Part shown: positions 10,435 to 19,770 of the stretch, piece by piece
Layout: each line of letters begins with the position of its first letter
How positions within the stretch are numbered: position 1 is the stretch's first letter
IMG/VR virus record: IMGVR_UViG_3300025150_000004
Coordinates: 32,001-96,000 of that record
DNA: 64,000 nt
DNA from: a virus
Reading direction: 5' to 3' (one strand)
Notes under the pieces: model-generated
The model's database searches: none
Told to the model about the DNA's origin: nothing
What the model saw: only the letters and a program-made list of their open reading frames with translations
Program-made: the position numbers and the translations under genes

Positions 10435-11172
10435 ATGAGCAACGCAGGAGCATTCGTCGAGTTCGGCTTCGGCCAGAACGACGACAACGTCGGCAGCAAG
10501 ACCGAGAAGTTCAAGGGTGAGACGGGAGGCAACTACCGCCTGTCCTTCGCCTGGTGGCCCGGCTTCGAGAAGGGCACTCTGGACATGGACGCCCAGACCC
10601 CGAAGTTCGGCCGTGCGAAGCGGTTCTACTTCGAGGGCGTGGGCTACGTCATCGACGGCGGCCCGGAGTTCACGAAGCTCGCCGGGAGCCCGTCCCGCCT
10701 GTCCATCGGGACCATCGTGGTCCAGTGGCCGACGAAGAAGGACGGCAGCATCGACATGCAGCGGGTGCAGGAACTCGACTTCAAGGTGCTGCCCTGGATC
10801 TTCAGCGAGGACAAGTACACGGCCATCGCTCCGATCCACCGGGAGTTCCCGCTCGGGCAGCACGACCTCACGGTCAACTGCTCGGACTCGAAGTTCCAGA
10901 AGATGACGTTCGGTCCGTGCAAGGACAGCCTGCTCCGCAAGCTCAAGGACTCCGACAAGGACACGGCCAAGAAGGTCGTGGAGCACATCATCGAGCGGGT
11001 GCAGGCCATCGCCGCCGACCTCCCCAACGACATCGGGCGGGAGATGAGCATCAACAAGCTGCGGGAGAAGCTCGCCGGGGGTGGCGGCAGCGCCACCGGC
11101 AACGCAGCGGCAGCGACCGGAGCGGCGGCCACGGCCGACATCGACGGCCTCGTGGACAACATCCTCGACTGA
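10435..11172 (+). CDS. Single-stranded DNA-binding protein, gp32-like
   Basis: Aromatic-rich core, Gly/Ala linker and acidic tail DIDGLVDNILD (compare the T4 gp32 tail). Strong codon bias, AGGAG RBS, and recombination-cluster context. Confidence 0.7.
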   Translation: MSNAGAFVEFGFGQNDDNVGSKTEKFKGETGGNYRLSFAWWPGFEKGTLDMDAQTPKFGRAKRFYFEGVGYVIDGGPEFTKLAGSPSRLSIGTIVVQWPTKKDGSIDMQRVQELDFKVLPWIFSEDKYTAIAPIHREFPLGQHDLTVNCSDSKFQKMTFGPCKDSLLRKLKDSDKDTAKKVVEHIIERVQAIAADLPNDIGREMSINKLREKLAGGGGSATGNAAAATGAAATADIDGLVDNILD

Positions 11173-11178
11173 TCGCAT

Positions 11179-11238
11179 GGCGGGGCGGGAACCGGGTCCT
11201 TTGGGCTGGGGCCTCGGGGAACGGTTCCCGTTCCCGCC
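11179..11238 (+). terminator. Intergenic stem-loop after SSB (terminator or RNA-stabilising hairpin)
   Basis: GGCGGGGCGGGAACCG ... CGGTTCCCGTTCCCGCC imperfect inverted repeat; weak U tract. Confidence 0.5.
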
Positions 11239-11269
11239 TCCGAACTTCTTGCGCTGCGGGGTTGGCTGA

Positions 11270-11959
11270 ATGCGTGTCCTCGGCTTCGACCCCTCCCTCA
11301 CCAGCTTTGGCTGGGCCTTCCACGACACGGACGGAACCGGCCCCGCCCGGTGCATCGAGCGGGGACGGTTCAAGACTTCCTCCAAGACCCTCTTCGTCGC
11401 CAGGTACATCGACCTTCGGGACCGGGTTCGGACGCTGATTCAGCGTCTACAACCTGATGCCATGGCCTCGGAGTCCTCGGTGTATGGGGAGATGTACTCC
11501 GAGGGCATGTACGGCCTGTTCCTGTACGTCTGCGAGGCGTGTTACCTGGAACGAAAGAACCTCGTCCTGTTCACCCCGCCCCAGTTGAAAGCCCACGCTC
11601 GGGAGAGCCTGGGTCGCCCCAAGGTTGGTGGTCGTCTGTGGACGATGCACAAGGGGGACATGGCCGAGGCAGCCCGGGACCACTGTGGTGGGAAAGGTTC
11701 CGTCTGGAACGCCGATGAGGCTGATGCCTACTGGGCCGCCGTGGCTGGGGGGAGGTTCTGGTTACGGCTCCAAGGGGTATTGGAAGACGATGATCTAACC
11801 CCCGTGGAGAGGCAGCATTTCAGCCGCATCCACACGTTCCAGCGGGGGAAACGGGCCGGGGAGACCGAGAAGTCTGGGCTCCTCTACCGTGAGGACGAAC
11901 GCTACTTCATGTGGTCACAGGAGACCGACGATGGCAGCCAAGAAGAAGACGAAGGGTAA
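11270..11959 (+). CDS. ruvC: RuvC-like Holliday junction resolvase
   Basis: MRVLGFDPSLTSFGWA; central E (MASESS); PPQLK; DEADA. Confidence 0.85.
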   Translation: MRVLGFDPSLTSFGWAFHDTDGTGPARCIERGRFKTSSKTLFVARYIDLRDRVRTLIQRLQPDAMASESSVYGEMYSEGMYGLFLYVCEACYLERKNLVLFTPPQLKAHARESLGRPKVGGRLWTMHKGDMAEAARDHCGGKGSVWNADEADAYWAAVAGGRFWLRLQGVLEDDDLTPVERQHFSRIHTFQRGKRAGETEKSGLLYREDERYFMWSQETDDGSQEEDEG

Positions 11960-13211
11960 GGAGGCCACGTCGGCCCCCAACGCTCTCATGAAGGCCCGTG
12001 CGGCCGTCACCAAGGTTCTGAAGGACGACGACCCCGGCATCGACGTGGACAACGCCGCCCTGAAGAAGTCGAGGCCCTACATCCCCACCGGGTCCATCGC
12101 CCTCGACTACCTCATCGGTGGACGGCTCAACCGCAACGGCATCGCCCCGTGCCCCGGGTGGCCCAAGGGTGGGGTCAGTCAGATCTACGGGCACGAGTCC
12201 TCGGGCAAGACGACGGTGGCTCTGATGGCCGCCAAGGCCGTGTGCGCCGCCGGTGGGATGGTCTGTTTCATCGACTGGGAGCACGCCCTGGATCTGTCCT
12301 ACGCCCGTGCGCTCGGGGTCCCCGTGGACAACCCGGCGAAGTTCTATCTCACCCAGCCGAACACCCTGGAGGAGGGGATGAAGGTGCTGTGGGCCTGCGG
12401 GGCTCAGGGCGTGGACCTCATCATCCTCGACTCCATCTCCGCCGGTGTCCCACAGGAGATTTTCGGCCAGAAGCTCGAAGACCAGGGGAACATCGGACGG
12501 GTCGGTCTCCAGGCCGCCAAGTGGTCCACGTTCCTCCCGAAGGTGGCTTCGCTGGTGAGCAAGACCGGCTCCCACGTCATGGGGCTGTCTCAGCTTCGCA
12601 AGAAGATCAACACCTCCGGCTACGGCGGCGATGGGACCACGGCTTCCGGCGGGGAGGCGTGGAAGTTCTACGCCCAGGTCCGTATGAAGTTCCAGCGGGT
12701 CCAGTCCGAGAAGGGCAAGGTCTACAGCGCCCTGAGCCACAAGATGGAGGAGCAGGTCGTCTCGTCCATCATCAAGGCGAAGATCGACAAGTCCAAGGTC
12801 TCCGGCTCCCAGCAGCACACCGGCACGTTCTACGTGGTGTTCGGTGAGGGCATCGACGACCTCCGCACCTGCATCGAGGTGGCCACGGCCCACGGCAAGG
12901 TCAACAAGGGGGGTGCCTGGTACACGTTCGAGCGGGAGAACGGTACGACCATCAAGTCCCAGGGCCTCGTGGCGTTCAAGAACGACCTGCTCCAGGCCCC
13001 GGGGGCCATCGCCGAGATCACCAAGCTGGCTATGACCGCCTTGCAGGCGGCGGGCGGAACCCTCCCCGAGATCGCCGAGGAGGACCAGGACGCCATCGAT
13101 CTGGCCCAGATCGTGGACGGCATCGAGGTGGACATGGATGCACTGCTCGCCGACGACGGGACCAACCCTCCGTCTGACGGCGACGATGAGGCCGCTGACG
13201 ACGGCGAGTAA
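11931..13211 (+). CDS. recA: RecA/UvsX recombinase
   Basis: IPTGSIALD, IYGHESSGKTT, FIDWEHALD, IILDSISA, SQLRKKI, GGEAWKFYA, GAWY; CAGGAG RBS. Confidence 0.95.
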   Translation: MAAKKKTKGKEATSAPNALMKARAAVTKVLKDDDPGIDVDNAALKKSRPYIPTGSIALDYLIGGRLNRNGIAPCPGWPKGGVSQIYGHESSGKTTVALMAAKAVCAAGGMVCFIDWEHALDLSYARALGVPVDNPAKFYLTQPNTLEEGMKVLWACGAQGVDLIILDSISAGVPQEIFGQKLEDQGNIGRVGLQAAKWSTFLPKVASLVSKTGSHVMGLSQLRKKINTSGYGGDGTTASGGEAWKFYAQVRMKFQRVQSEKGKVYSALSHKMEEQVVSSIIKAKIDKSKVSGSQQHTGTFYVVFGEGIDDLRTCIEVATAHGKVNKGGAWYTFERENGTTIKSQGLVAFKNDLLQAPGAIAEITKLAMTALQAAGGTLPEIAEEDQDAIDLAQIVDGIEVDMDALLADDGTNPPSDGDDEAADDGE

Positions 13212-13237
13212 AGTAACCGCCACCGGAGGTGATCCGC

Positions 13238-14329
13238 ATGGCGGTACAAGTCCACGTCAAGAATTTCCAGTCCCTCAAGGACACGGGCCTGGAGGTCAGT
13301 GGCTTCACGGCCATCACCGGCCCGAACAACTCGGGCAAGTCGGCCCTCATGAGGGCCATCCGAGGGGTGTTCCAGAACACCCCCGGTACGACCTTCGTTC
13401 GCCACGGGGCGGACGAGATGTCCGTCTCTCTCAAGTTCTCTGATGGCCGATCCATCATCTGGAAAAAGGGGACCACGAGCCGGTCCAAGCCCACCTACAT
13501 CATCGACGGTGGCAAGCCCATCCACCCGGGTCGGGCCGTCCCTGATGAAGTGAGGGCCTTCGGCGTGACCCCCATCAAGGTCATGGGGCAGGAGGTGTGG
13601 CCCACCCTGGCCCCTCAGATCACAGGCCAGGTGTTCCTTCTCGACCAGCCCGGGTCGAGCCTGGCCGAAGCTGTGGCCGACGTGGACCGGGTAGCCAAGC
13701 TCAATGGGGCGCTCCGTTCCGTTGACCGGGACCTGCGGGCTGCGAGCAGCAAGCTGAAGATCCGAAGGGAAGACCGCATCGCCCACATCGAGGCTCTGCA
13801 AGCCTTCGACGGTCTCGACACCGTGGCTGCCCAGGTCGAGGCCCTCCTTCTCGACCGGGAGAAGGTGATCAAGCTCTCCAAGGCCCTGGAGACCATGATC
13901 TCGTACAAGACCCGCCTCGAAGCTGCCCGGGATGAGGTGGTCCGGTTGGGACGGATCGAGGATGTGGCCGTTCCCGATCCCCGGACAGCACAGGCGGAGT
14001 TGGCCTCTCTGGAGGCCCTCCTTTCGCTCCGTTCTCGGTGGGTCTCCGCCCGGGAAGTGGTGATGAGCCTATCAGGGGCCGAATGTGTAGAGGTGGCGGC
14101 CTTTGACACCCAGAAGGTGTCGAAGGCCCTCTCTGCACTTGCTTTCTTGGAGGATGCCCGGGTACGTCTGTCCGCCGCTCAAGCCAAGGTAGGTGGTCTG
14201 GAGGCTGACCTCCAGACCTTTACTGCCGAGGCCGAGCGGGTAGACGCCGAGGTGAAGACGCTTCTCGGAGGGTTCGAGAAGTGCCCGACCTGTGGCGCTA
14301 TGACGGAGGGAAACAACCATGATTCTTGA
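13238..14329 (+). CDS. SbcC/Rad50 N-terminal half (Walker A, coiled coil, zinc hook)
   Basis: VKNFQSL, ITGPNNSGKSALMRAI, Q-loop-like APQ, coiled coil, terminal CPTCG; no Walker B present. Confidence 0.85.
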   Translation: MAVQVHVKNFQSLKDTGLEVSGFTAITGPNNSGKSALMRAIRGVFQNTPGTTFVRHGADEMSVSLKFSDGRSIIWKKGTTSRSKPTYIIDGGKPIHPGRAVPDEVRAFGVTPIKVMGQEVWPTLAPQITGQVFLLDQPGSSLAEAVADVDRVAKLNGALRSVDRDLRAASSKLKIRREDRIAHIEALQAFDGLDTVAAQVEALLLDREKVIKLSKALETMISYKTRLEAARDEVVRLGRIEDVAVPDPRTAQAELASLEALLSLRSRWVSAREVVMSLSGAECVEVAAFDTQKVSKALSALAFLEDARVRLSAAQAKVGGLEADLQTFTAEAERVDAEVKTLLGGFEKCPTCGAMTEGNNHDS

Positions 14330-14813
14330 GGTACTGCTCCTGGTCTTCGGGCTGTTCGCATTCGGGGCCGACAACCATCCGGTCTGTGAGGAGCTTCTGT
14401 TCCGGTACGAGACCCACCCGAACGCCGAAGTCAGGCTCGCCGCCTGCAACCGCCTGGCTCGGTCGGCCGAAGCCAGGGGGCTCGACGTGGCCCTGACCAT
14501 CGAACTGGCCTGGAGCGAATCGAGGTTCGTACCCACGGCCGTCAACTCGACCTCGGGGTGTTCCGGCATCCTCCAGGCCGCTCCTCAGTTCTGGTGTCCA
14601 GGCAGGACCCGTGAGGGGTGCGACCTTCAAGAGGCGGGCCTTCGGGCCTTGGAGCACTACCTGGGGCGGCACAAGGACGAGACCAAGGCCCTTTGCCACT
14701 TCAAGTCGGGGAACGTGTGCAACCCGGCGGGGCTCAATGGGGCCAAAACGGTCATGAGGAAGGTCCGCTGGCTGCGGGAACGGATGCAGCGGCGGATCGA
14801 GGGGAACGTGTGA
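14319..14813 (+). CDS. Small lytic transglycosylase (SLT-like) with hydrophobic N-terminal signal or anchor
   Basis: LAWSESRFVPTAVN ... GCSGILQ matches the SLT ES-x-F ... G-[LI]-[ML]-Q motif; N-terminus MILEVLLLVFGLFAFG. Confidence 0.7.
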   Translation: MILEVLLLVFGLFAFGADNHPVCEELLFRYETHPNAEVRLAACNRLARSAEARGLDVALTIELAWSESRFVPTAVNSTSGCSGILQAAPQFWCPGRTREGCDLQEAGLRALEHYLGRHKDETKALCHFKSGNVCNPAGLNGAKTVMRKVRWLRERMQRRIEGNV

Positions 14814-16945
14814 GCATCAACCTGGTCTGGCGAAGCGACGTTCACGTCTCGGACAACCCACCCGCTTCTCGGGTGGATGACTGGAACGAAACGCTCATGG
14901 GCAAGTTGTCCCAAGTCGGCGAGATCGCCCGTGAGGTCGGGGCTGCCGCTGTGCTCGATGGAGGGGACTTCTTCCACATCAAGAGCCCGGCCAGGAACGC
15001 CCACCGCACCATTCAGCGGGTCGCTGCCGTCCACGCTGGCTACCCGTGTCCCGTCTACGGGAACGTGGGGAACCACGACTGCAAGTACGGCGACTACGCC
15101 CACCTGCCGGAGCAGCCACTCGGGGTCCTGTTCGAGACGGGGGTGTTCCGCCGGTGCTTCGACGAGCATGAGGCCGTGTTCGAGGCGGACGGGGTCAAGG
15201 TGCGGGTCGTCGGCATCCCGTACCACGGGACGGAGTACGACTGGGATCGTTTCACCCGCATCAAGAAGGGGGATGAGAGCTACCTGGTCGTGATGGCCCA
15301 TGTTCTCGCCAGCAAGCAGGGCGGGACCATGTTCGAGGGCGAGGACATCATCCAGTACGCCGCCCTCGCTGAACTCGACCCAGACGTGTGGTGTTTCCTG
15401 CCGGGGACCCAGGTTATTGACTGGGGTGGAAGGGTTGTCCCCATCGAGAAGGTACAGGAATCGCTGGCTCTGGCTGGTCGAAGGGGCATGGTTTCGGTTG
15501 AGCAGGTCCACCCTGCCAGGTACATCAACGAAGAGGTGGTGACCTTCGACATCGAAGGTGTTCCCTGCGAACTCATCCCTGGCGTCACGGTCGAGCATCC
15601 GTTCTGGGTCGCCAAACGACTGCGTTGCAGGCTACCTTCCCGCTCGACCAGGAGATGTCACCAGGACAAGCCAAAGGACTCCTACCCCTGTTCGGCTTGT
15701 ACAGAGCCACCCATTGTGGTGCCAGACTGGTGTCCCGCCAGGGACATAGAGCCTGGTGACTATATGGCAGTGCCGGTCCCAGCCCTCCCTGTTGGAGGTA
15801 ATCAAGCTCCCGGGTTGGCTCGCCTTTTGGGATTGTATCTCGCTGAAGGCCACATCATCGAGAATAGGGACAATGAGCCGGTAGCTGGGGTTGGGTGGTC
15901 ATTCCATGAGGATGAGGTTCACCTGCATGAAGATGTGGGCGGACTGGTGGGCGAACATTTCGGGCTCAGCACCCATCCCCATAAGACAAAGGGCCGGTGC
16001 ATCCAGGTCTGCGCTTACAGTCCTGCCGTGGCCGATTTCTGTTTGACTCATGGGGGTCGTCATGCTGAGGCCAAGGAGTTATCCTCATGGGCATGGGGGC
16101 TTAGCGGGGCTAGCCGCATGGAACTGCTGGTGGGTTGGTTGGACGGCGATGGCCATGCCAGGAACCCAGAGAGATACGACCGGGTAAGAGCAGAAGTGAT
16201 GGGGGCCACAGTATCGCCCCGGCTTGCCAGCCAGTTGTACCTCCTGGCCCTATCGGTAGGGCTGCGCCCTTATTACACGATCCGCCCGGCGGGGGAGACA
16301 AAGTGGGCGGATGGCCGAATTTCTCAGACGTTACCTTGTCATTGCATTAGTTTTTACGGAGAGGACGCCAGGATGCTGGCGGCCAGGATGCAGGTGACCA
16401 TCCCCGATCTCTCGAAGACGACGGTGGCCGGTTTTTTTGCAGATGGTCTGTATTGGGTACGAGTTCGTGGCGTTGCACGGAAGGCTTACCAAGGTCCCGT
16501 TTATAATATGCGAACCTCCACCCAAGAGTACGTTGCGGGGCTATTGCTCACCCACAACTGTCTCGGCCACTGGCACAAGAACCAGGGCATCACGGAGATC
16601 GCCACCGGCAAGTGGGTGATCAACGTCGGGAGCCTCTCACGAGGGGCTCTGAGCCAGGATGACCTGAACCGCACCCCCACCACTGCCATCCTGAAGTTCG
16701 ACCCCTTTGGGGTAGACATCAGCGAAAGGCCCTTGGTCGTGGCCCCTCCCGAGGAGGTCTTCGACCTGGATGGCCGGGCTCGCCGGGAGGTGCGGGAGAT
16801 GACGATGAGCGCTTTCGTGGACTCGCTGGAGTCCGCCCTGTCCGAGGAGGCCAAGAAGCCGGTCGAGGACGCCATCCGAGAGATGGCCGGGATGCCCGAC
16901 GAGGTGAAGGAGCGGGCCATCGACTACTGGGAGCAGCAGGGCTGA
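14810..16945 (+). CDS. SbcD/Mre11-like metallophosphoesterase nuclease precursor with intein; about 322 aa spliced
   Basis: SDVH, GGDFFH, GNHD, MAH and (after splicing) VWCLGHWH, NVGSLSR; GTG start overlaps the upstream stop. Confidence 0.9.
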   Translation: MSINLVWRSDVHVSDNPPASRVDDWNETLMGKLSQVGEIAREVGAAAVLDGGDFFHIKSPARNAHRTIQRVAAVHAGYPCPVYGNVGNHDCKYGDYAHLPEQPLGVLFETGVFRRCFDEHEAVFEADGVKVRVVGIPYHGTEYDWDRFTRIKKGDESYLVVMAHVLASKQGGTMFEGEDIIQYAALAELDPDVWCFLPGTQVIDWGGRVVPIEKVQESLALAGRRGMVSVEQVHPARYINEEVVTFDIEGVPCELIPGVTVEHPFWVAKRLRCRLPSRSTRRCHQDKPKDSYPCSACTEPPIVVPDWCPARDIEPGDYMAVPVPALPVGGNQAPGLARLLGLYLAEGHIIENRDNEPVAGVGWSFHEDEVHLHEDVGGLVGEHFGLSTHPHKTKGRCIQVCAYSPAVADFCLTHGGRHAEAKELSSWAWGLSGASRMELLVGWLDGDGHARNPERYDRVRAEVMGATVSPRLASQLYLLALSVGLRPYYTIRPAGETKWADGRISQTLPCHCISFYGEDARMLAARMQVTIPDLSKTTVAGFFADGLYWVRVRGVARKAYQGPVYNMRTSTQEYVAGLLLTHNCLGHWHKNQGITEIATGKWVINVGSLSRGALSQDDLNRTPTTAILKFDPFGVDISERPLVVAPPEEVFDLDGRARREVREMTMSAFVDSLESALSEEAKKPVEDAIREMAGMPDEVKERAIDYWEQQG
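15392..16558 (+). mobile_element. Intein in SbcD (389 aa, LAGLIDADG, Cys-rich insert)
   Basis: DVW|CFLPGTQV ... TVEHPF ... LGLYLAEG ... GWLDGDG ... VYNM ... LLTHN|CLGHWH; lower GC3 than its flanks. Confidence 0.93.
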
Positions 16946-16946
16946 G

Positions 16947-17324
16947 ATGGCTGGTGGCGACCAGACCCCGAGCGACCGCCGGGCTGCAACCCTGGAGGAG
17001 GCGATGCTCCGGCGGCTCAAGGAGCGCCAGGAGCAGTTGAATGGGTTGCCGTTGACCAGCGAGACCCTGGCCAAGGTTGTCGCTCACTGCCTTACCGCCG
17101 CCGAAGAGCTTCCGTCCTCCCGGGAGGCGCTCAGGGAGCACCTCCGGCCATCCCCGAAGAAGCAGGGAGAGTTCGAGCCCCTCTGGGGGGTGCAGACCTT
17201 CGAGATGGTAGAAGACCGGGGATCCACCGGGATCAAGTGCCTGCGGTGCGGTCGCACGTCCTTCCACCCCCAGGACGTGGAGCATCGGTACTGCGGCCAT
17301 TGCCACGAGTTCCACGAAGTTTAG
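16947..17324 (+). CDS. Hypothetical protein with C-terminal zinc finger
   Basis: CLRC ... YCGHCHEFH. Confidence 0.65.
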   Translation: MAGGDQTPSDRRAATLEEAMLRRLKERQEQLNGLPLTSETLAKVVAHCLTAAEELPSSREALREHLRPSPKKQGEFEPLWGVQTFEMVEDRGSTGIKCLRCGRTSFHPQDVEHRYCGHCHEFHEV

Positions 17325-17352
17325 CTCAGCGGGCTCGTGTGTTGGGGAAACG

Positions 17353-18337
17353 ATGGAGAGTAGACCACATACCCTGGTCCTCGGGATGATGGACCCGGAG
17401 ATGGAGGCGGTCGGACGTTTGGGGATCTCCGAACGTCTGAACGTCGTCTGGGCCAAGAAGGACGGTGAACTCGTCCGCTACGACACCATGTACCAGGCTG
17501 ACTGGCCGGAGCCCGCCCCAGGTCAACTGTGGGTGGAGTGCTCGCCGGAGGGTGGCAAGGACGGGATCGACTTCGTGGATCACCACCAGCCCGGCGACCC
17601 CGGGTTCGGCGGTCCACCCGAGAAGTTCTGGGAGTCGTCCTCGCTCGGGCAGGTCTGGGGCCGGGTTCGACCGGATGACATGCCCCCCGAGGGGCTCCTC
17701 ATCATCGCAGCGGCGGACCACTGCCCGCACGCCGCCTATACGGGCGACTGTCCCGGGATCGACCCGGGTTCGGTCATCGCTTTCTCGGCGGAGCAGGTGG
17801 CCATCGGGACGGGGAAGCCGCTCAAGGAGATCCTCCAGGGGGTCTACCGCTACATCCACAAGTTCCGCCGGTTCCAGCCGGAGGAGACCCACGGGGCCAC
17901 CCTCTACACCCGAGAGGGTCCCGCCTTGACCGAGCAGGAGTGGCTCCTGTTCCGAGAGGCCGCCCTCTGGCACGGAGTTGCCGTGGTCAACGACGAGGAG
18001 GTCTTCATCCCGACCCGTCACGGCCACGGCGAGGAGCCCATCGACTCCTACGGGAACAAGAGCATCTTCCACGGGATGACCCGTGGGGACGGACTCAATC
18101 CCGAGTGGGACCACACGGTCTACGTCCAGGGGGGCCGACTTCGTGCTGCCCGACGCCGAGCCCGGCCACACCGTCATCGAGCCCGGTCGGGTCCCTCTCA
18201 ACGAGAACCAGCGGGTCCTGGCCGAGATCGGCCAGGAGGTCCCGGCCCTCGCCGAGTTCCTGTCCCCCCGCCGCCGGGTGAACCGCATCAAGTGGCACGG
18301 AAGGCTCAAGAACCTCGACGTTCGGATGGCTGCCTGA
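17353..18337 (+). CDS. Hypothetical protein with DHH-like motif; apparent +1 frameshift in the G6 run at 18129-18134
   Basis: VDHHQPGDPG and AAADHC motifs. Coding-like codon bias moves to the 18083..18337 frame after the G run. Confidence 0.6.
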
Positions 18338-18431
18338 GCCCATACCCCTAGATAGGGGGCCTCGTCCCGAAGTTCGGTGGGTAGAGTGAGCGGGTCTGGG
18401 ACCCGTTCCCGGCACACCGGACTGAGGGACG

Positions 18432-19412
18432 ATGAGCCGCAAGAAATTCACGCTCTACTGGTCGAGCCTCAAGCTCTACGAGGATTGCCCCCAGGCTTTC
18501 CTGTGGAGCAGAGGTTGGGGGGCCATCGACGTAGGTGGGGGGCCAGGTCGCCCCAAGCCGAGGCCCTTCAAGGACAGCCGCCACCATGCCGTGATGGGCA
18601 TCGTCATCCAGTCCGTGCTGGAGTCGATGTACAACAAGGAGTGGTGGAAGCACCCCACGGAACTCAAGAAGCTCCTCGACGAGGAGCTTGAGCGGCAGTT
18701 CAAGCTGGAGATCACCAAGAACTACATCGACTGGCGGCTCGCAGGACCCAAGGACGAGATGTTCCGGGTCTGCCGGGACGGGGTGTACGGGTTCCTCAAG
18801 ACCCTCAAGGCCCACAAGCTGGTCGGCCAGTACGCCCGCTGTGAGGTGGACTACGTCGCCTACATCGACAAGTGGAGCCCGGTGGGCGGCCGGATGGACT
18901 TCCTGATCCGGCGGAACGACGAACCCAACAAGGGGATCACCATCCTCGACGGCAAGAACTCCAAGCACCGGGGGAAGTACACCGACCCGGACCAGCTTCG
19001 GTTCTACGCCCTGGTCTTTTACCTCAACACGGGGGTCATGCCTGACCGGCTCGGGTTCATCTACTTCCGGTTCCCTCACGGGTACATCCCGCCCGAGGAA
19101 GAGTGGGAGAAGGACGCAGAGGGCAACCCGATCAAGCCCGAGCCCGACTCGGGGGTCGAATGGGTGCCGTTCTCCCGGGAAGACCTCAAGGGGCTGGCTC
19201 TGCGGGCCTTGGAGGCCCGCAAAGGGATCGAGAAGGAGAAGTTCGAGGCTACGCCCAAGCCCTCCATGTGCAAGCTGTGTGACTTCGAGAGCGTGTGTCC
19301 TCAACGCCAGACTCAGATCGCCTCCAATCGTCGGCAGCCCAAGAACAAGGAGGAGGCGTTCGACGGGACCACCGGCTTCGTCGAGTTCGGCTTCGGCTCC
19401 GAGAGGGGATAG
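18432..19412 (+). CDS. PD-(D/E)XK nuclease, Cas4/RecB/AddB-like with probable Fe-S cluster
   Basis: SSLKLYEDCP, GRMD, ILDGK, QLRFY, C-terminal CKLCDFESVCP. Confidence 0.88.
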   Translation: MSRKKFTLYWSSLKLYEDCPQAFLWSRGWGAIDVGGGPGRPKPRPFKDSRHHAVMGIVIQSVLESMYNKEWWKHPTELKKLLDEELERQFKLEITKNYIDWRLAGPKDEMFRVCRDGVYGFLKTLKAHKLVGQYARCEVDYVAYIDKWSPVGGRMDFLIRRNDEPNKGITILDGKNSKHRGKYTDPDQLRFYALVFYLNTGVMPDRLGFIYFRFPHGYIPPEEEWEKDAEGNPIKPEPDSGVEWVPFSREDLKGLALRALEARKGIEKEKFEATPKPSMCKLCDFESVCPQRQTQIASNRRQPKNKEEAFDGTTGFVEFGFGSERG

Positions 19413-19443
19413 CAGACCAGGGGACATGGGGTAAGGAGAGACG

Positions 19444-19770
19444 ATGGCTCCAACCGACCAGGAAGGGCTACGCCAGCGGCTTGACGATGCGGTCAAGCGC
19501 CGTGACTCGGCTGCTCGGAACATCGAGCGGGTCCAAGGACGGCTGGATGGAGCCCGCAAGACCGTAGAAGAGGTCGAGGCGGAGATCCGGGCTCGGGGGA
19601 TCGAGCCGGACAAGCTCGATGAGGCCATTGAGGCCGTGAAGAAGAAGGCCGAGGGCCTCGTGACCGAACTGGAGGGCCGCATCACCCAGTCGGAGCAGGA
19701 GATCAGCCCCTTCCTGGGCCAGAACAAACACCCCGCCGCTTCCGGCGGGGATGGAGATGGATTGCTATGA
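19444..19770 (+). CDS. Short coiled-coil protein
   Basis: Heptad-like helix throughout; AGGAG RBS. Confidence 0.7.
   Translation: MAPTDQEGLRQRLDDAVKRRDSAARNIERVQGRLDGARKTVEEVEAEIRARGIEPDKLDEAIEAVKKKAEGLVTELEGRITQSEQEISPFLGQNKHPAASGGDGDGLL

Noticed and set aside
18432-19412. Cas4-like nuclease as evidence of a CRISPR system
   Set aside because: No repeat-spacer array or other cas genes are in the window. Stand-alone nucleases of this type are common in phage replication modules.
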